Assembly (NCBI RefSeq): GCF_030684315.1
Contig: NC_081391.1
Coordinates: 20,172,629 to 20,236,628, forward strand
Reading direction: 5' to 3'
From: Stegostoma tigrinum
Taxonomy: Eukaryota
DNA: 64,000 nt
Shown piece by piece: positions 13,966 to 35,551 of this stretch. A program made the position numbers and the translations under genes. Within the stretch, counting starts at the first letter, position 1; the number at the start of each line of letters is the position of its first letter. The notes under the pieces are model-generated. The model had not been told where the DNA came from. It ran no database searches and worked only from the letters and a program-made list of their open reading frames with translations.

Positions 13966-15680
13966 CACCTTCAATGCTGTAATGCAAATACACCATGCAG
14001 TTCACTCACTCCTGCACCCTCTTTAGAAATGCACCTTTTATTTTGTATTGTCTCTACATGCTTTTCCCACCATTTTTTCTGTTTTGAACTTCATCTGCCA
14101 CTTGCTAGCCGATTCCACCAATACGTCTGTGCCCTTTTGAGGTTCTACACCATTGTCCTCACTCGAAGTTTCTTATCATGTACAAACTCTGAAATTGCAT
14201 CCTTTATACCAGGATATAAGTCATTACTTTACTTTTGTAAAGCCTGGCTCCTCCCCATAACCCGTGGAACTCCACGACAAACCATCCCCCTCGTCCAAAG
14301 AGCATCCATTAGCATCACTTATGTTTCCAGTAACGCAGCCAACTCCGTATCCCTGTCACTGCGCTGCCATTGATTACAGGGGCTTGAACATAGTTCACAA
14401 ATCTAACGTGTGGCACTGTATTATATGTCTTTAGGAAGCCCACGTTGACCACACGAACAACAGCCCTCTCGCCTAACTCGTCAAAATACTTGTGCTAGAT
14501 AGTTAAAAGTGATTTTCCTTTTGAGGAGATCTGGCATGGATCTCAAAAAAAAAAGATTCATATTCATCCATATAACTATTATGCAATTTTCTACTCATCT
14601 CCATTACTTCCTGTCTTCCACTCCCCAACATCACTCATGGAAATGACAGGCATCTACTCCATCACTTATCCCATTTGGAAACTGAATGAAAAGCTGATGC
14701 AAAAGGACAATGCATCTAGAAGTTGTTGCCTCTTCTCAGTGTTCATAATTTATTGCAGCTACTAATTTCCAATTTCAAAACAATTTCTCACACAGATTTA
14801 AAATATCCACTCCCCATACAAGTCCCCTAACCGGCCATTTCCACATACATGCTGTATGTGTTGCTGGGCTTCTATTCAAGCAGAGCTTCACAATGTTGGA
14901 GCTGTAAGAGTTTGCAAATAGGACCTCTCCTCAGCAATTTCTGTACCCTGTTCCCCTACTGAGAGCTTCACTTCAGACAAACAAGAGGTAAAGAAGTGAC
15001 CCAAACAATGATTGGCTGCTGTGTATATAAAGCTATTGGGAGGCATGGAAGGGTAGGAGGAAGTAAGTAGTAGTTGCGGGGGGAGAGGTGGTGGGGTACA
15101 GAGTTGAAGAAGAAAGGCAGAAAAGCTTGGAATCCAACTCTGCCTCCTTTTATTATTCATCTGCTAAACCTCAGTCCCCAAAAAAGCAGAACAAATCCAC
15201 AAGCTGCAGCTGGGAGGTTGGGGCAGCCCTTGCCGTCTGCAAACTTAGAAAGAGTTCACTTGACTCTTGCTGCTGTTGGAAGAAGGGCAAATGAGGACAA
15301 AGGAAGCACCTAGTGTCTAAAGTCATCCAGAGAGGAAAGTCATGTCACTAAGTGGTACACACCTGGAAGGCTAATGTAACACTAAAAAGGAAAGGGGAAA
15401 CACCTCATTTACAAATTTGCCATGAAAAATGTATGTTCCATAGGTACATAAAATTTATGCTACCTTTGGAGGAAGATATCGAAGTGAGTGAAATTTCTAT
15501 TGTGGATTTTTTCAGTCAAGTTTCCTGGTTAGCTGTTGGTAATTTAGTTAGCTTAAAAAACAAAGATCCAAAATCCAGTTCCACAAAGACTTGTATTTCC
15601 ATTTGGAATGGCAGACAGAAAAAGGCAAAGTGGTCATCAGAATTAGGTCAGGAATGGATAAATTTCTTCCATAACCCCAT

Positions 15681-18795
<3,115 letters not shown>

Positions 18796-18862
18796 CTTCA
18801 CTATTCCTGCTCACAAGCACCAAGAAAACTCTAGAACTAAGCCTCTCAGCCACAAGCTCTTG

Positions 18863-19010
18863 TATTTAACCTCCTGGAACATCCTGCACTCAACCAGGGA
18901 ATGACATCACCAATGATGATTGACAATCCCTGATAGCCAATCAGGCATCTCCATGAGTGCAGGAGCCAATGAAGGGCATGGGGTGGAATGAGATCCCCAG
19001 AGCCAATCAG
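18863..19010 (-). promoter_or_regulatory. F3 promoter with degenerate TATA
   Basis: GTTAAATA at the TATA position. TGACATCACCAAT and further CCAAT boxes are present. Confidence 0.6.
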
Positions 19011-19935
19011 AGCTTTGGAACTGAGGCATATTTGGAACATTCAGTGATTGTCGCTGACGAACAGGAGGTGGATGTTCTGCCCTGTCCTGCCACCCAATTG
19101 TGTCAAGCCTGGTCTGTTGCTTCCTTACGCTCTTCCTACATTGGTCCTGTGTTCCTGTCACACCATGAACGAACAAACATCCAACTGTCTCACATCTGAG
19201 CAGTTTATTTGTTCCCAATATTTCTGGGAAAAAGATTGCAGAGTTCTGAATCCTTTTCCTGAGGAAATGATTCCTGGCACCTGCCCTGGATGGCCACAGC
19301 ATAATGATGGCATTGTACTCCTTGGTCACGCTAAAATAATTTCTCTCCCTCTGGCTCCTCAAACCCGATTGTTATTTTCCAAACTTCAATTGTAGTCAGC
19401 CCTAAATCTTCATTACCCAAGTGAATGCAAGTACACTCTTTGCAAATTGTCCTCACAATTTAAGCCTGTTAGTCCTGGGATCGTTCTGGTGAATGCACAC
19501 TGTAGCGCGACGATGGTGTTGTTGCTGTGCTAGTCACAGAGAGGCTCGGATTAACACCACGAGGGCAATAAGTGCTGACCTTAGTCAGCAATGCCCTCGT
19601 CCCATGAATGAACTGAAGAAAACTATCATTGATTGCCTTGGAAATCAATCTGGTTCACTGATATCTTTCAGGGAAGGAAATGGACTCCACGGCCTGTATA
19701 TGACTACAGACCCACAGCAATATCACTGACTCCTAACTTGCCTCTGAGATGGTCAGAAACCTTTTAATTCAAGGGCAGTGAGAGAGGAGCGACGGGGCTT
19801 GGTCTTGCCAGTGACATTCTCCTCCATGAAATCATTTCAAAAACACTTGCTCCAAGGCCGATATATCAGAACTGAATACTGTTCTCCAGGTGGGGTTCAC
19901 CCTACACTTTCCACCAGTGTAGCACAACCTTTCTG

Positions 19936-20240
19936 GTGGCTCGGTGATTAGTACTACTGCCCCGGAGCGCCGCAGACCTGGGTTCAATCCCATCTTCGAG
20001 TGGCCGTTTGTGCATTCTCCCTGGGGCTGTGTGGGTCCCCTTCAGAAGCTCTGGGTTCTTCCCACAGTCTAAAGACGTGCACAACAGGTGGACTGGCCGT
20101 GCTATGTTGCCTTTAGCAAGCAGGCTAGGTGGGTTAGCCATGGGGAAATGTGGGGTTAGAAGGATGGGGTGGGCCTGGGTGCAATGCTCGTCAGAGGATC
20201 AGTGTGGGCTGAATGGCCTAGTTCCACACTGTAGGGATTC
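19936..20240 (+). mobile_element. tRNA-derived SINE (HE1/V-SINE-like)
   Basis: A-box-like GGTGGCTCGGTGATTAG and B-box-like GGTTCAATCCC. Central TTCCCACAGTCTAAAGACGTGC core and CR1-like 3' tail. Family assigned from memory. Confidence 0.8.
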
Positions 20241-20787
20241 ACTGATTTATATTCCAGCTCCACTGCCTTGCAATGAACATTAAAATGCAATTAGCATTTT
20301 AAAAACATCTCATTTACTCTCTACAAGTTGTTAATAATTTCTGCACGCAGATCCCCAAACACACTCTGCGCCTATTTAGCTCCTCGCACTACACTATTTC
20401 AGAACACACTGATGTGTGTGTCTTGGTCTGAAGTACTCTTCCTCAGATTAAATTCTACTGGTCAATATTGTCTATTTGCTTTATTAGTGCCATCTGGTTC
20501 TGCGTGGCAGAGGCAGGTTTATTATTGGCAGTGTTCAAGAGGCACTGGGTAATTAAACAGGAACAACTTGCCAGTTTATAGGGAAAGGCAGAAGATTCAC
20601 AGAAAGGGTAAAGTGCTCAGAGACCGAGTGCAAATGAGACAGTCTGATGGGCCGTCTTCTACAGTATGATAATGCTGTTGCGCTTCCATCAGGATGAGCT
20701 GGCTCACCTCCTCGGGAAACATGAAGACAACCAATGTGAATGAATTAACTACCACTAGATCAAGGGCAGACTTTGAGACAAACCAAG

Positions 20788-22133
20788 ACATCAGTTGTTG
20801 GTAAAGTGTTGGAAAATGTTCCAAGAGATAGGATTTATAATCATCTAGAAAAGAATAATTTGATCAGGGATAGTCAGCACGGTTTTGTGAAGGGTAGGTC
20901 GTGCCTCACAATCCTTATTGCGTTCTTTGAGAAGATGACCAAACACATAGATGAGAGTAAACCGGTTGATGTGGTGTATATGGTTTTCAGCAATGCTTTC
21001 GATAAGGTTCCCCACAATAGGCTATTTACAAAATGCGGAGGAATGGAATTGTGGGAGATATAGCAGTTTGGATCAGAAATTGGCTTGCTGAAAGAAGACA
21101 GGGTGGTGGTTGATGGGAAATGTTCATCCTGGAGACCAGTTACTAGTGGTGTACCACAAGGGTCGGTGTTGGGTCCACTGCTGTTTGTCATTTTTATAAA
21201 CGGCCTGGATGAGGGCGTAGATGGATGGGTTAGTAAATTTGCAGACGACACTAAGGTCGTTGGAGTTGTGGATAGTGACAAAGGATGTTGTAGGTTATAG
21301 AGACATAGATAGGTAAGCTGCAGAGCTGGGCTGAGAGGTGGCAAATGGAGTTTAATGCGGACAAGCGTGAGGTGATGCACTTTGGTAGAAGCAACCGGAA
21401 TGCAAAGTACTGGGCTAATGGTAACATTCTTGGTAGTGTAGATGAGCAGAGAGATCTCGGTGTCCATGTACACAGATCCTTGAAAGTTGCCACCCAGGTT
21501 GACAGCGTTGTTAAGAAGGCATACAGTGTTTTAGCTTTTATTAATAGAGGGATCGAGTTCCGGAACCAAGAGGTTATGCTGCAGCTGTACAAAACTCTGG
21601 TGCGGCCGCACTTTGAGTATTGCATACAGTTCTGGTCACTGCATTATAAGAAAGATGTGGAAGCTTTGGAAAGGGTGCAGAGGAGATTTACTAGGATGTT
21701 GCCTGGTATGGAAGGAAGGTCTTACGAGGAAAGGCTGAGGGACTTGAGGCTGTTTTCGTTAGAGAGAAGCAGGTTGAGAGGTGACTTAACTGAGACATAA
21801 GATAATCAGAGGGTTAGATAGGGTGGATAGCGAGAGCCTTTTTCCTAGGATGGTGACAGCGAGCATGAGGGGGCATAGCTTTAAATTGAGGGGTGAAAGA
21901 TATAGGACAGATGTCAGAGGTAGTTTCTTTACTCAGAGAGTAGTAAGGGTATGGAACGCTTTGCCTGCAACGGAAGTAGATTCGCCAACTTTAAGTACAT
22001 TTAAGTCGTTGTTTGACAAGCATATGGACGTACATGGAATAGTGTAGGTTAGATGGGCTTCAGATTGGTATGACATGTCGGCACAACAGAGGGCAAAAGG
22101 GCCTGTACTGTGCCATAATTTTCTATGTTCTAT
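20788..22133 (+). mobile_element. 5'-truncated CR1-clade LINE (second subfamily)
   Basis: [31 protein letters not shown] and KFADDTK motifs, frameshifted. Ends in a TTCTATGTTCTAT tail. Confidence 0.93.
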
Positions 22134-22837
22134 AAACATCTATCCCACGAGCTCCAGATTTAACCAGGAGCTGAAAAAAAAACCAAACCCCATCCTCTCC
22201 AAGTCTGCTATTAGAAGGTCAGAGTAGAAGCTGATATCTTTTTATATCAGCTCACTAAAGCCTTAATTTAGGGAGGGTGGGGGTCTTAGCCTTTCTAAAA
22301 GAGAAATGACTTGCTGCCTGCCAGATGTAGTGTAAGGGAAGTCAGGTACTGAGCAAAAAAACCCGAAATAGATGCTTCAAATGTGGGAAGCCTCTGAACA
22401 TCTAAGGGATGAGTCAAGCTTTCCTCAAAAAGTAAATAGACACCACAAGAGTGCTATTGACCTCTGGCTTTGAGAGATGATTTCAATATTTTATCAGTAC
22501 TGCTGCAACATTTTGCTGAAGATAAACTTGGTTGCTCGTACTGCTGCAAACAAGGGGCAATTGCCCCATATATAGCCAAATGCTTGTCCACTCACTGACT
22601 CCAAGTATCTTTGGACAGTCATCCCTGTTGACATTATCCAGCTGGTCCAAGGAATTGGACCAAAGTCAGCAAACCATATCCAAGTTGTTGGGAATGGACA
22701 AAATCCTTGGAAGATATTGGATAGGCTTTGGGCTGCAGAATTACAGAAAGCTAGACAGCTTTGGTTCAATGATTTTTATTTCATATTCCAGTACAAGCAA
22801 AAGAGAATGCAAGGACCAAGTGATTGTAAAATCCCAC

Positions 22838-25003
<2,166 letters not shown>

Positions 25004-25068
25004 CTTCACACCTACTTACAAAAAGCAAACCCAAACAACAGCCTAACCCCACCTCCCATGAGCTCTAG

Positions 25069-25220
25069 TATTTATGTGAATGGGAATCTGCATTCCAACA
25101 GGAAGTTATCACCAATAGTGCTTGGCTATTAGGGATTTCCAATCAGCAGGCTCCCATGAATACAGGCATTAATTAGGGAGAGGTGCTGGGGGGAGCTATG
25201 TACAAAGCAGAGCCAATCGG
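25069..25220 (-). promoter_or_regulatory. F4 promoter (divergent)
   Basis: CATAAATA at the TATA position. Three CCAAT boxes are retained although the surrounding sequence is divergent. Confidence 0.5.
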
Positions 25221-25389
25221 AGCAGTGGGAAACCAGCAGGTTTCAACAGTTTGGGCCATGGGAACAGGAGGAGACCATTCAGCCCCTCAAACCTATTTCA
25301 GTATTTAATTAGATCTTGGCTGGTCTGCTTCTCAGTTCCATATAAACTACCTTCTTCCATAAAGCGGAATCATAGAATCCCATCACAAA

Positions 25390-26990
25390 TTCACCAAAGA
25401 TCCTCAGATTGCACCTTCCAAGCAGATGACCATTTCCATCCAGACAGACAAGGGCAGCAGACACGTGAGACCACCACCAACTTCAAGCTCCCCTCCGAGC
25501 CACTCACCATCCCGACTTGGAAATATGTTGGCGTGCCTTCAGTGTCTCTGGGTGGAAATCCTGGAATTCCCTCTGTACGGCCATCGGGGTCGACATGGAC
25601 TGCAGCGGTTCATGAAGGCAGCTGAACCCCACCTTCTCAAGGGGAATCTAGCAATGTACAACAAATGCTGGCCCAACCCATGACTGCCCTTGTCCCGCAA
25701 GTGAATACTCAAAAAAATTACAGTGCCGTAGGAGGCCATTTGACAAATTGTGCTGCACCAGATCCATTGTGCTCATCTCTTGCCATGTCCCTGCACATCA
25801 CCACGATCCCAAAAGAAAACCCAATGCTCTCTTCAAAGCTTCAATTGTATGTGCCCTCCCCACGTCTCCAGGCAGCACATTGCGCATACTCTCCACATTC
25901 TGTGTAAAAATGTTTTTTTCTTCTCACTTTACCCTTGCTTTGTTTGCACATCACTTTAACTATCCCCTCACGTATCTACTTTTTAAAATTTGTTGACGGG
26001 TTGAGGGCATTGCTGACTAGGCAGCATTTATTGCCCATCCCTAATTGCCCAGAGGGCAGTTAAGGATCAACCACATTGCTGTGGGTTTGGAGTCTCATGT
26101 TGGCCATTTGGCAGTTTGGTAAATGGCGGTTTTTTTCCCTAAAGGACATTAGAGGACCAGATGGATTTTTCCAGCAATTGACAATGGACTCATGGTCATC
26201 GTTAGATTCTTAAACTCCAGATATTTATTGAAATCAAATTCCACCATTTACCATGGTGGGATTTGAACCAGGGTCCGCAGAACATGATCTGGGTCTCTAG
26301 ATTAACAGTCCACAATCATACCACGGGGCCATCGCCAAGTAGAAAATAAATGGGTTACTTAACAACAGCCAAGAATCTTGGATTTGAATGTTCAATTTAT
26401 TCCCAAGGTTTTGGCAGAGCAGGGTTTAGATTTCCAGCATTGTGTGTGTGAGGAGCACCGTCCCTAATGGATGAGCTCTAACCTTTAGGTTACGCTGCTG
26501 TCTACACCGACTTCCTCTTGTCCGAAAATATCACACCCGAGAACATCGTTTTTCTCTCGTTGACTCTATCAAATCAATTAATCAGCTTCAAATCTTAATA
26601 ATAATTATTCCTTGTTCTTCTACACTCACAGGAACTTGAGGTTTTAAAAAATGTTGTTTTGGGATGTTGGCATCACTGGCGGGGTGTGTATTTATTGCCC
26701 ATCCCTAGTTTCCTCTTGAGAAGGTGGTGGTGAGTTGCCTTTGTGAACAGTTGCAATGTCCATCTGGTGCAGATAGACTCAGATTGCCCCTAAGGAGAGA
26801 ATTCCAGAAATCTGACTGATTTAACACTGCAGTGACACTGAAGGGACGGTAATATATTTCCAAGCCAGGATGGTGGATGGCTTGGAGGGGAACTTGCAGG
26901 GGGTGGTGTTCCCACGTATCTACTGCCCTTGTCTGAGCAGATGGAAGTGGATGTGGCTTTGGAAGGAGCTGTCAAAATACCTGAATTTCA
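25390..26990. repeat. Cluster of old SINE/LINE-tail fragments in both orientations
   Basis: Recurrent GCATTTATTGCCCATCCCTA block at 26022 and ~26690, its reverse at ~25660, and related pieces at ~6890 and ~19560. 25405-25670 is roughly the inverse of 26680-26955. Confidence 0.55.
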
Positions 26991-28186
26991 TCTTCAATGC
27001 AAATTGCCTTCATTGTTTAACCCTTTCGACCTGTTGTCATCCTGTGCTGCATTCCCTCAAAGACTCAGAGATCGAGACCTGAATACAGTATCATGGATAT
27101 GCACTCACTGGCATTTAATACATGGTAGCAGAACTGTCCGATCAATAACATGGGGGCATCATTTTAAGGTGAAGAGCAGTAGGTTTAGAGGGGATTTGCC
27201 AAAAACATTTTTCACCCAGATGGTGTGATGGGAATCTGGAATGCACTGTGTGGGAGGGTAGTAGAGATGGGAAACATCACAACTTTTGAAACGTACATGG
27301 ATGGGCACTTGAAGTGTCATTACACTTAAGGCTATAGGTGAAGTGCTAGAAAGTGAGATGAGTGTAGATAGGTCAGCACAGACCTGATGTCTATGGCCCG
27401 AATGTCGATCTCTTTGTAATCCAGACAATTCTGTGCCTGTCCACCAGCTCTTGCAATTTCTGCAGATGGATCCCATAACCTTATGGTCACAACCAATTCT
27501 GTTCCCCGAATGTCACAGTTTAGCTAATTTCTCTTTCTTGTTCCGAAGTGCATGGCCTCACTCTTCCTCACATTGAGGCCTGCCTGCTGCTGTTTGCTCA
27601 TTCATTTCAACAATGGCTTGTTGCAAACTTTCAGGTCCCATCCACACCATCCACTTTGTCGCTTAACTTTGCTTTGTCAGGAAATTTGGACATATATCTC
27701 TCGAGTCCTTCATCTACGTCAATCTGTCAATGTGAAACTGAAGCCCAAGTGGAGATCCCTGGGAGTGAGAGTCAAATTTTGTCAATCAAAGTTGGCAGCC
27801 ATTCTGTCAGCCACCTTCCCCCTTCCCAATTCCCAACCCATGTCCAACAGTAACTTCCTATTGTACGCGCATGCATTTTTCCTAATTATGTCATGGATAC
27901 TCGTCATTGTTGGAATTGATTTTAGTTGCTTTGACTGTTCTCAAACTGATAGCATCAGTCCTCCAGGTCAGAGCTCCCCAATTCACCTTAGGGTTTGACG
28001 AGTTTGTAAATGAATATTTCTCCCTGTACATGATGTCGAATTAAATGACATCTGAAGGTTTGAAGCATCTCTCATCTGATCCAGAAGAGGTCAGGGACAC
28101 TGACACTGATCACAGCAGTTGAGGATATTACTCTGCACGAGGTAGCCTGCAGCAAATCTGCAAATCCACCAGTCACACTGGGAAAA

Positions 28187-28282
28187 CAGAGATAATGGGA
28201 ACTGCAGATGCTGGAGAATCCAGGATAACAAAGTGTGGAGCTGGATGAACACAGCAGGCCCAGCAACATGTCAGGAGCACAA
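28187..28282 (-). mobile_element. Short Penelope-derived terminal fragment
   Basis: CAGAGATAATGGGAACTGCAGATGCTGG..., flanked by the imperfect direct repeat ACACTGGG(A/GG)AAACAGA. Confidence 0.8.
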
Positions 28283-29612
28283 CACTGGGGGAAACAGACA
28301 GGATGCCTCTATCGGAATCCTATCACTCCCATTGCTGTTAAGTTTCATGTAAAGCTTTATCCGATCAAGCTCAGGAGCTCTATCATCCATTCCTTCTTCT
28401 GTAAGGAAGTTGCCTGTTGGATTTCTCTCAGATTTGAGAAAAAAAATATGAAAAGCAGTATTAATCTCAGGACGAGAATCAATTCTTTTGGTATTTCCTG
28501 ACACCAGAAAATATAGTCCTTTCAATTTAGAGTGCAGGAAATTGTTGAACAAATTGCAGCACGAGAATCGATGTCCAGTACCAGATTTAAGTCCTGCATG
28601 ATAATGTCTCACTTCTGCACCCCTGCCCTCCTCAGGACTGACTCTGAGCACTGCAGTATATGGAAAATGACTATTCAGTTAGTTTGCGACATCCAGGGTA
28701 AGCACCAGGATTCCTTACTCATTTAATTGCATGCTTGTGACAAAAAAAAATGGGAGGTAGCGTCCACGTGGCGGACTCCCAGTGCAATGGCCACCTACCT
28801 CTGTACAACAGAGACTCTATCACTGGTGTGTCTCGCAAGCCAGCCGGCAAGCAGGCTGTTGTTTGGATAATGAGTGCTTTCCTGAAGTTTGGCAGAGGGC
28901 ACAGTTGTTTGTCATAAACTCAGCTGTGTTAGCTGTTAATTGCCAGTGCCGAGGGCAGAAAGTAAAAGGAAGCATCAGCCCACCCACTATTAAACTTGGG
29001 GAAAAAAAAAAAGAAGAGTTTTCTAACCGCGTGCCAGCAGAATGTATTTCACATGTGCACCAACTACATTGCTGAGATGCTCGAGTCACACGTAGGCCAG
29101 ATCAGGTAATGGTAGCAGATTTCACTCCTCAAGAAAGATGAGTCAAACAGAAGAATGGTAGATATGCAAAACTGTCAGATAGTAAACTGCCCTGATACAC
29201 CGGCTGTCTCTTTAGGTCTTTAAGGATTCTGCAAGCTCTCAGCTCACATTTGGAAGAAAGTTGAGCACTGGCTGCCAAACCTCAGTAAAGTAAGGAACTG
29301 CAAAAGCATGTTTAAGAGAAGTGTTGTGTAGTGACAGCATCGCTAGACCAGGGTGGTCAGATTTGAGCCCCACCTGAGAGGTGATTAACATCCAAAAATG
29401 AATTGATTAGCAGAGGGTTCAACTGTGTCAAAAGGTGACAGAAGCACCTGCCATACAACCTAGATATGATGGATCTGAACAAAAATCAGTTATTCAATTT
29501 CACTAAAAGTGTTTCTTCATTATGGAGATTTTATTTTCCAATTCAACAAGGGTAGATAAAGTTTCTAAAAGACTAATCCATTTACAGCACTGATGGGATT
29601 CTAAAATCCCAC

Positions 29613-31930
<2,318 letters not shown>

Positions 31931-31997
31931 CTTCACTATTCCTGCTCACTATCACCTAGACAGCTCTCATATCAAGTCTTTGTACCACAAGCTCCAG

Positions 31998-32122
31998 TAT
32001 TTATACTCCTGGGACATCCTATGTTCAAGGAGGGAATGACATCACCAATGATGACTGACATTCCCTGAAAGCCAATTAGGAATCTCCCATGAATTTCGCC
32101 CCGCCTCTGCCCTCCCACCAAT
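31998..32122 (-). promoter_or_regulatory. F5 promoter
   Basis: TATAAATA, TGACATCA, three CCAAT boxes, GGGAGATTCC at 32079-32088. Confidence 0.7.
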
Positions 32123-35100
32123 TAGAGAGAGGGTGTGGGTGTATTCGGCAGAGCTGATCAGAGGTGCAGATTGTTGTCAAGTCTGGATGGTTATTCTGTG
32201 ATTGGATCAGCAGTCAGTCATTTAGAATCTCCAATCTGCCGGAACTCTCTATCGGGTCATGGTTAGTTTGAACAGAAAACTAGATTTGGATTTGGAAAGC
32301 CTTTCTTTTAAAACTAAGCTTGTTGTGACCAACTGCAGGAGGTGCTCAATGAAGGAGAATCAGTTTCTGCTGGGATATTGGAGAGAAAGGTCGGAGATTG
32401 GTGGTAGTTCCTAGAAATTTGTAACAGAAACAAACAGGACAAAGACAGGAAGGATGTTTCTGATGACCAATGCGCCCAGAACCAAGGGTCACTGTCTAAG
32501 GATATAGAGTAGTCTGTTTGGGATTGAGATGAGGAGAAATGTCTTCAGCCAGACAGTGGGGAGTCTGTTGTATTCTCTGGGACAAGAAACAGTTGAGGCC
32601 AAAAGACTGAAGGTTTTGAAGAGTTAGATGTAGCTGATCGGGCTATGGGGATCAAAGGGTATGGAGAGAGAGTGTGAAGATGGTACTGAGTTAAGGGATT
32701 ACCCATGATCATATGGGATGCCAGAGCAGGCTGGAAAGGCTGTATCAAAATGGTTCATAATTTTGAACATTTCAATCAGGTCATCTTTTAATCGTCTCTG
32801 CTCCAAGGAGATAAGGCCAATTTTTAAAATCTTTCCTGGTATCATTCCAGCAAATCTCCTTTGCACAGTGTCCAGGGCTTTAATGCCCTCCCTTACAAAC
32901 AGTGCCCAGAATTGAACACAATGCTCTAATGTGGTCTGACCAATGGTGTGTAGTGGTGAAGCATTACTTCTTTGTTTTTATAATCTCGGGCTCTCCTTAA
33001 AAACACAAGATTCCTATAAGCCTTCTTCATGACTGTTTCATCTTGCCTGGCCACCTTCAGGGAATTGTAGTTTTAAATCCTGAGGGCTCTCTGCTCCTGT
33101 ACTCACCTTGACGTTGTTCCATTGAACCTGTATTATCTCTTCATGTCTCCATGTTTCTTCGACCAAAATGCATTTCTTGCATTTTTTTGTGTTGAAATTA
33201 TAAAGTGATTGCCAACATCAAATCTTACCCAATAAAAATCAAGAGATGCTAATTTTGAAGTCTTCAACTGACACCCCACGTGTGTGTGTGTGTGTGTGTC
33301 CACTATCCACTATCCCTTCTGTGAAGAAGCTGTTTCTGACATTATCCTGGGCAGTTTAGCACTAATTTGAAGATTCTATATCCGTTCCATACCTTAAGTC
33401 CTAGAAGACCCATTGAGAAGAAACAATTCCTCTGAATCTACCCTGTCAAGTCCATTAATGGTCTTAAAACTTTCAATTCCTGCCATCTCTTAACCTTCCA
33501 TACTGAGGGACTCGGGCAAGCTGCCATCATCATTTAACCAGCTCTTTATCTCTGAGTTGATTCTGGAAATTATCGGCTGCACCATCTTCAGGCCCAACCT
33601 GCCGAAAATGAGATCTCCAGGGATGGTTGAACCAGAACTTGACAATTTCATAAAAAACTCCACCCAGAGGTGTTCAAATCCCTTTGAGATCAGGACTGAC
33701 ATTGAATTAATTTCTTTGTTCAGTGTTTTTATATCTCGTCTCTCGTTTCAATACATTTCTGTCCACTTGTCTCAGTTTCATTTTGATCATTAGTTTTGAC
33801 AACCCAGCAGAAGATGTCCCCATTTCTAAAACACTCTGGCTCACCTTTCTTGGTCAGGAGTGGATAACTTCGCACTTCCCCTTATTGAAGTGTATCAGCC
33901 ATTCTTCCCCACTCCATGGAAGTTTGAAACATTCCACTGCCATGATAAAGTGCCACTTGATGTAATGCCAGCAGCAAATATTTGAATTGTGGCAGTCCAT
34001 TTCTTCATCTCGAACATTTATAATCCAAGGAAAATTTAAGGCCCCAGTTTCTCTCCTTGGGGAACGTAATCACATCTTGCTTTTTCTTTTATTACCTCAT
34101 GGGATGAAGGTTTTGTTGGCTGGCCCAGCATTTATTGCACTTCCCTAATTATTATTGTCTTCTTGAATTGCTGTTGTCCATTTGGTGCAGGGAGATCCAT
34201 AATGCCATTTTGGACAGAATTCCAGGATTCAGATGGTATGACTGTAGATTGAGTTTTGCCTCATGAGCTTCATTGAGTATTTTGAAGAAGTGATGAAGAG
34301 CAATGATGAGGGCAGAGTGGTGGGCGTGATCTACATGGACTGCAATGAAGCGTTTGACAATGTTGCTCATAGTAAGCTGTTTAGCAAAGTGAGATCACAT
34401 GGAATCCATGGAGAATGATCCATTTGGATACAGAAATGGCTCAAAGGTGGAAGGCACAGGGTGCCGGCAGAGGCAACAAAGTGTGGAGCTGGAGGAACAC
34501 AGCAGCCCAGGCAGCATCAGAGGAGCAGGAAAGCTGATGTTTCAGGCTGAGACCCTTCAGAAATTGGGAGGGGGAAGGGGAAGCTCAGAAATAAGGAGGA
34601 GGGGTGGGACTGGGGATGGTAGGTGGGATGGTGATGGGTGAGTGCAGGTAGGGAGTGGTCAGTGAGGTGGGAGAGAAGATGAACATGAACAGGTCAAGGA
34701 GGTGGGGATTGGTCATGGGATGAGGAGACTTTGAAGTTAATAAGGTTAATAAGGTCTACATTTAGTGTCTTGGGCTATAAGCTCCCAAGGCAGAATATGA
34801 GGTGCTACTCCTCTAGTTTGAGGATGACATTGGTGTGATACTGGAGGATGCCCAAGATGGACAGGTCAGCCATGGAGTGGGAGGTGGGGTGGAAGTTAAA
34901 ACATTTTGTGATTGGAAAGTGTTGTTGTTTGTTGCTCATTGAGTGCAGATGCTCTAGAGAAACTGTCTCCCTCATGGTGGCTACATTGGGTGCAGCCGAT
35001 ACAATAGACCAACTTGAAACAGGTGCAGGTGATCTGTGTCTGATGCCGAAGGTTTGTTAGTTTTTATTTTGAATGGAGACACGGGGTGGATGTGGTGGTG

Positions 35101-35488
35101 GGGCGAGGGGGTCAGGGAATGGTGTAGCTGTTCCTGCAGTTGCAGGGAACAGGGCTGGGGTTAATGGGGAGTACAGAGTGGATGAGAGAGTGGCAGGGAT
35201 ACCAGCATAGAGGTACTGGGGTGTCCACAGTAAGAGGGGCTATGCCTGCTTCTGTCGGATATGTGGAACAGTCCCTCTTCTGCTGCTCCACTGGCACTAT
35301 CCCCTACCTTTTCCTTACTCAAAGATTGAAAGTAAATAGCCAGCTACATTGCTGTGTGGGTGGTGAGTCAGCTGTCGGCCAACTGCTTTCCTTCCCTGAA
35401 AGGGTTAGAAAAGTTTAGAACTGCTGAGAGTTGGTCTTTCTGCAAATTAAGTGGTGTCTCTTCTACTCTGACCCGCCCCAACCGAAGC

Positions 35489-35551
35489 CGAGATGCTATG
35501 AAGGGAACTCTGCAGATAAAGAAGGTGAACCAGAGTCTCCCGGATCCCCTT
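35489..35551 (+). pseudogene. Inverted ferritin exon-3 relic (more decayed copy)
   Basis: Translates RDAMKGTLQIKKVNQSLPDPL, in the same flanking context as 8318-8383. Confidence 0.75.

Noticed and set aside
18907-19395. Overlapping 115-151 aa ORFs conserved in both tandem copies
   Set aside because: No recognisable domain. Conservation is explained by the recency of the duplication, and the ORFs overlap promoter sequence.
19936-20000. tRNA gene
   Set aside because: The A/B boxes belong to a SINE head and no cloverleaf forms.
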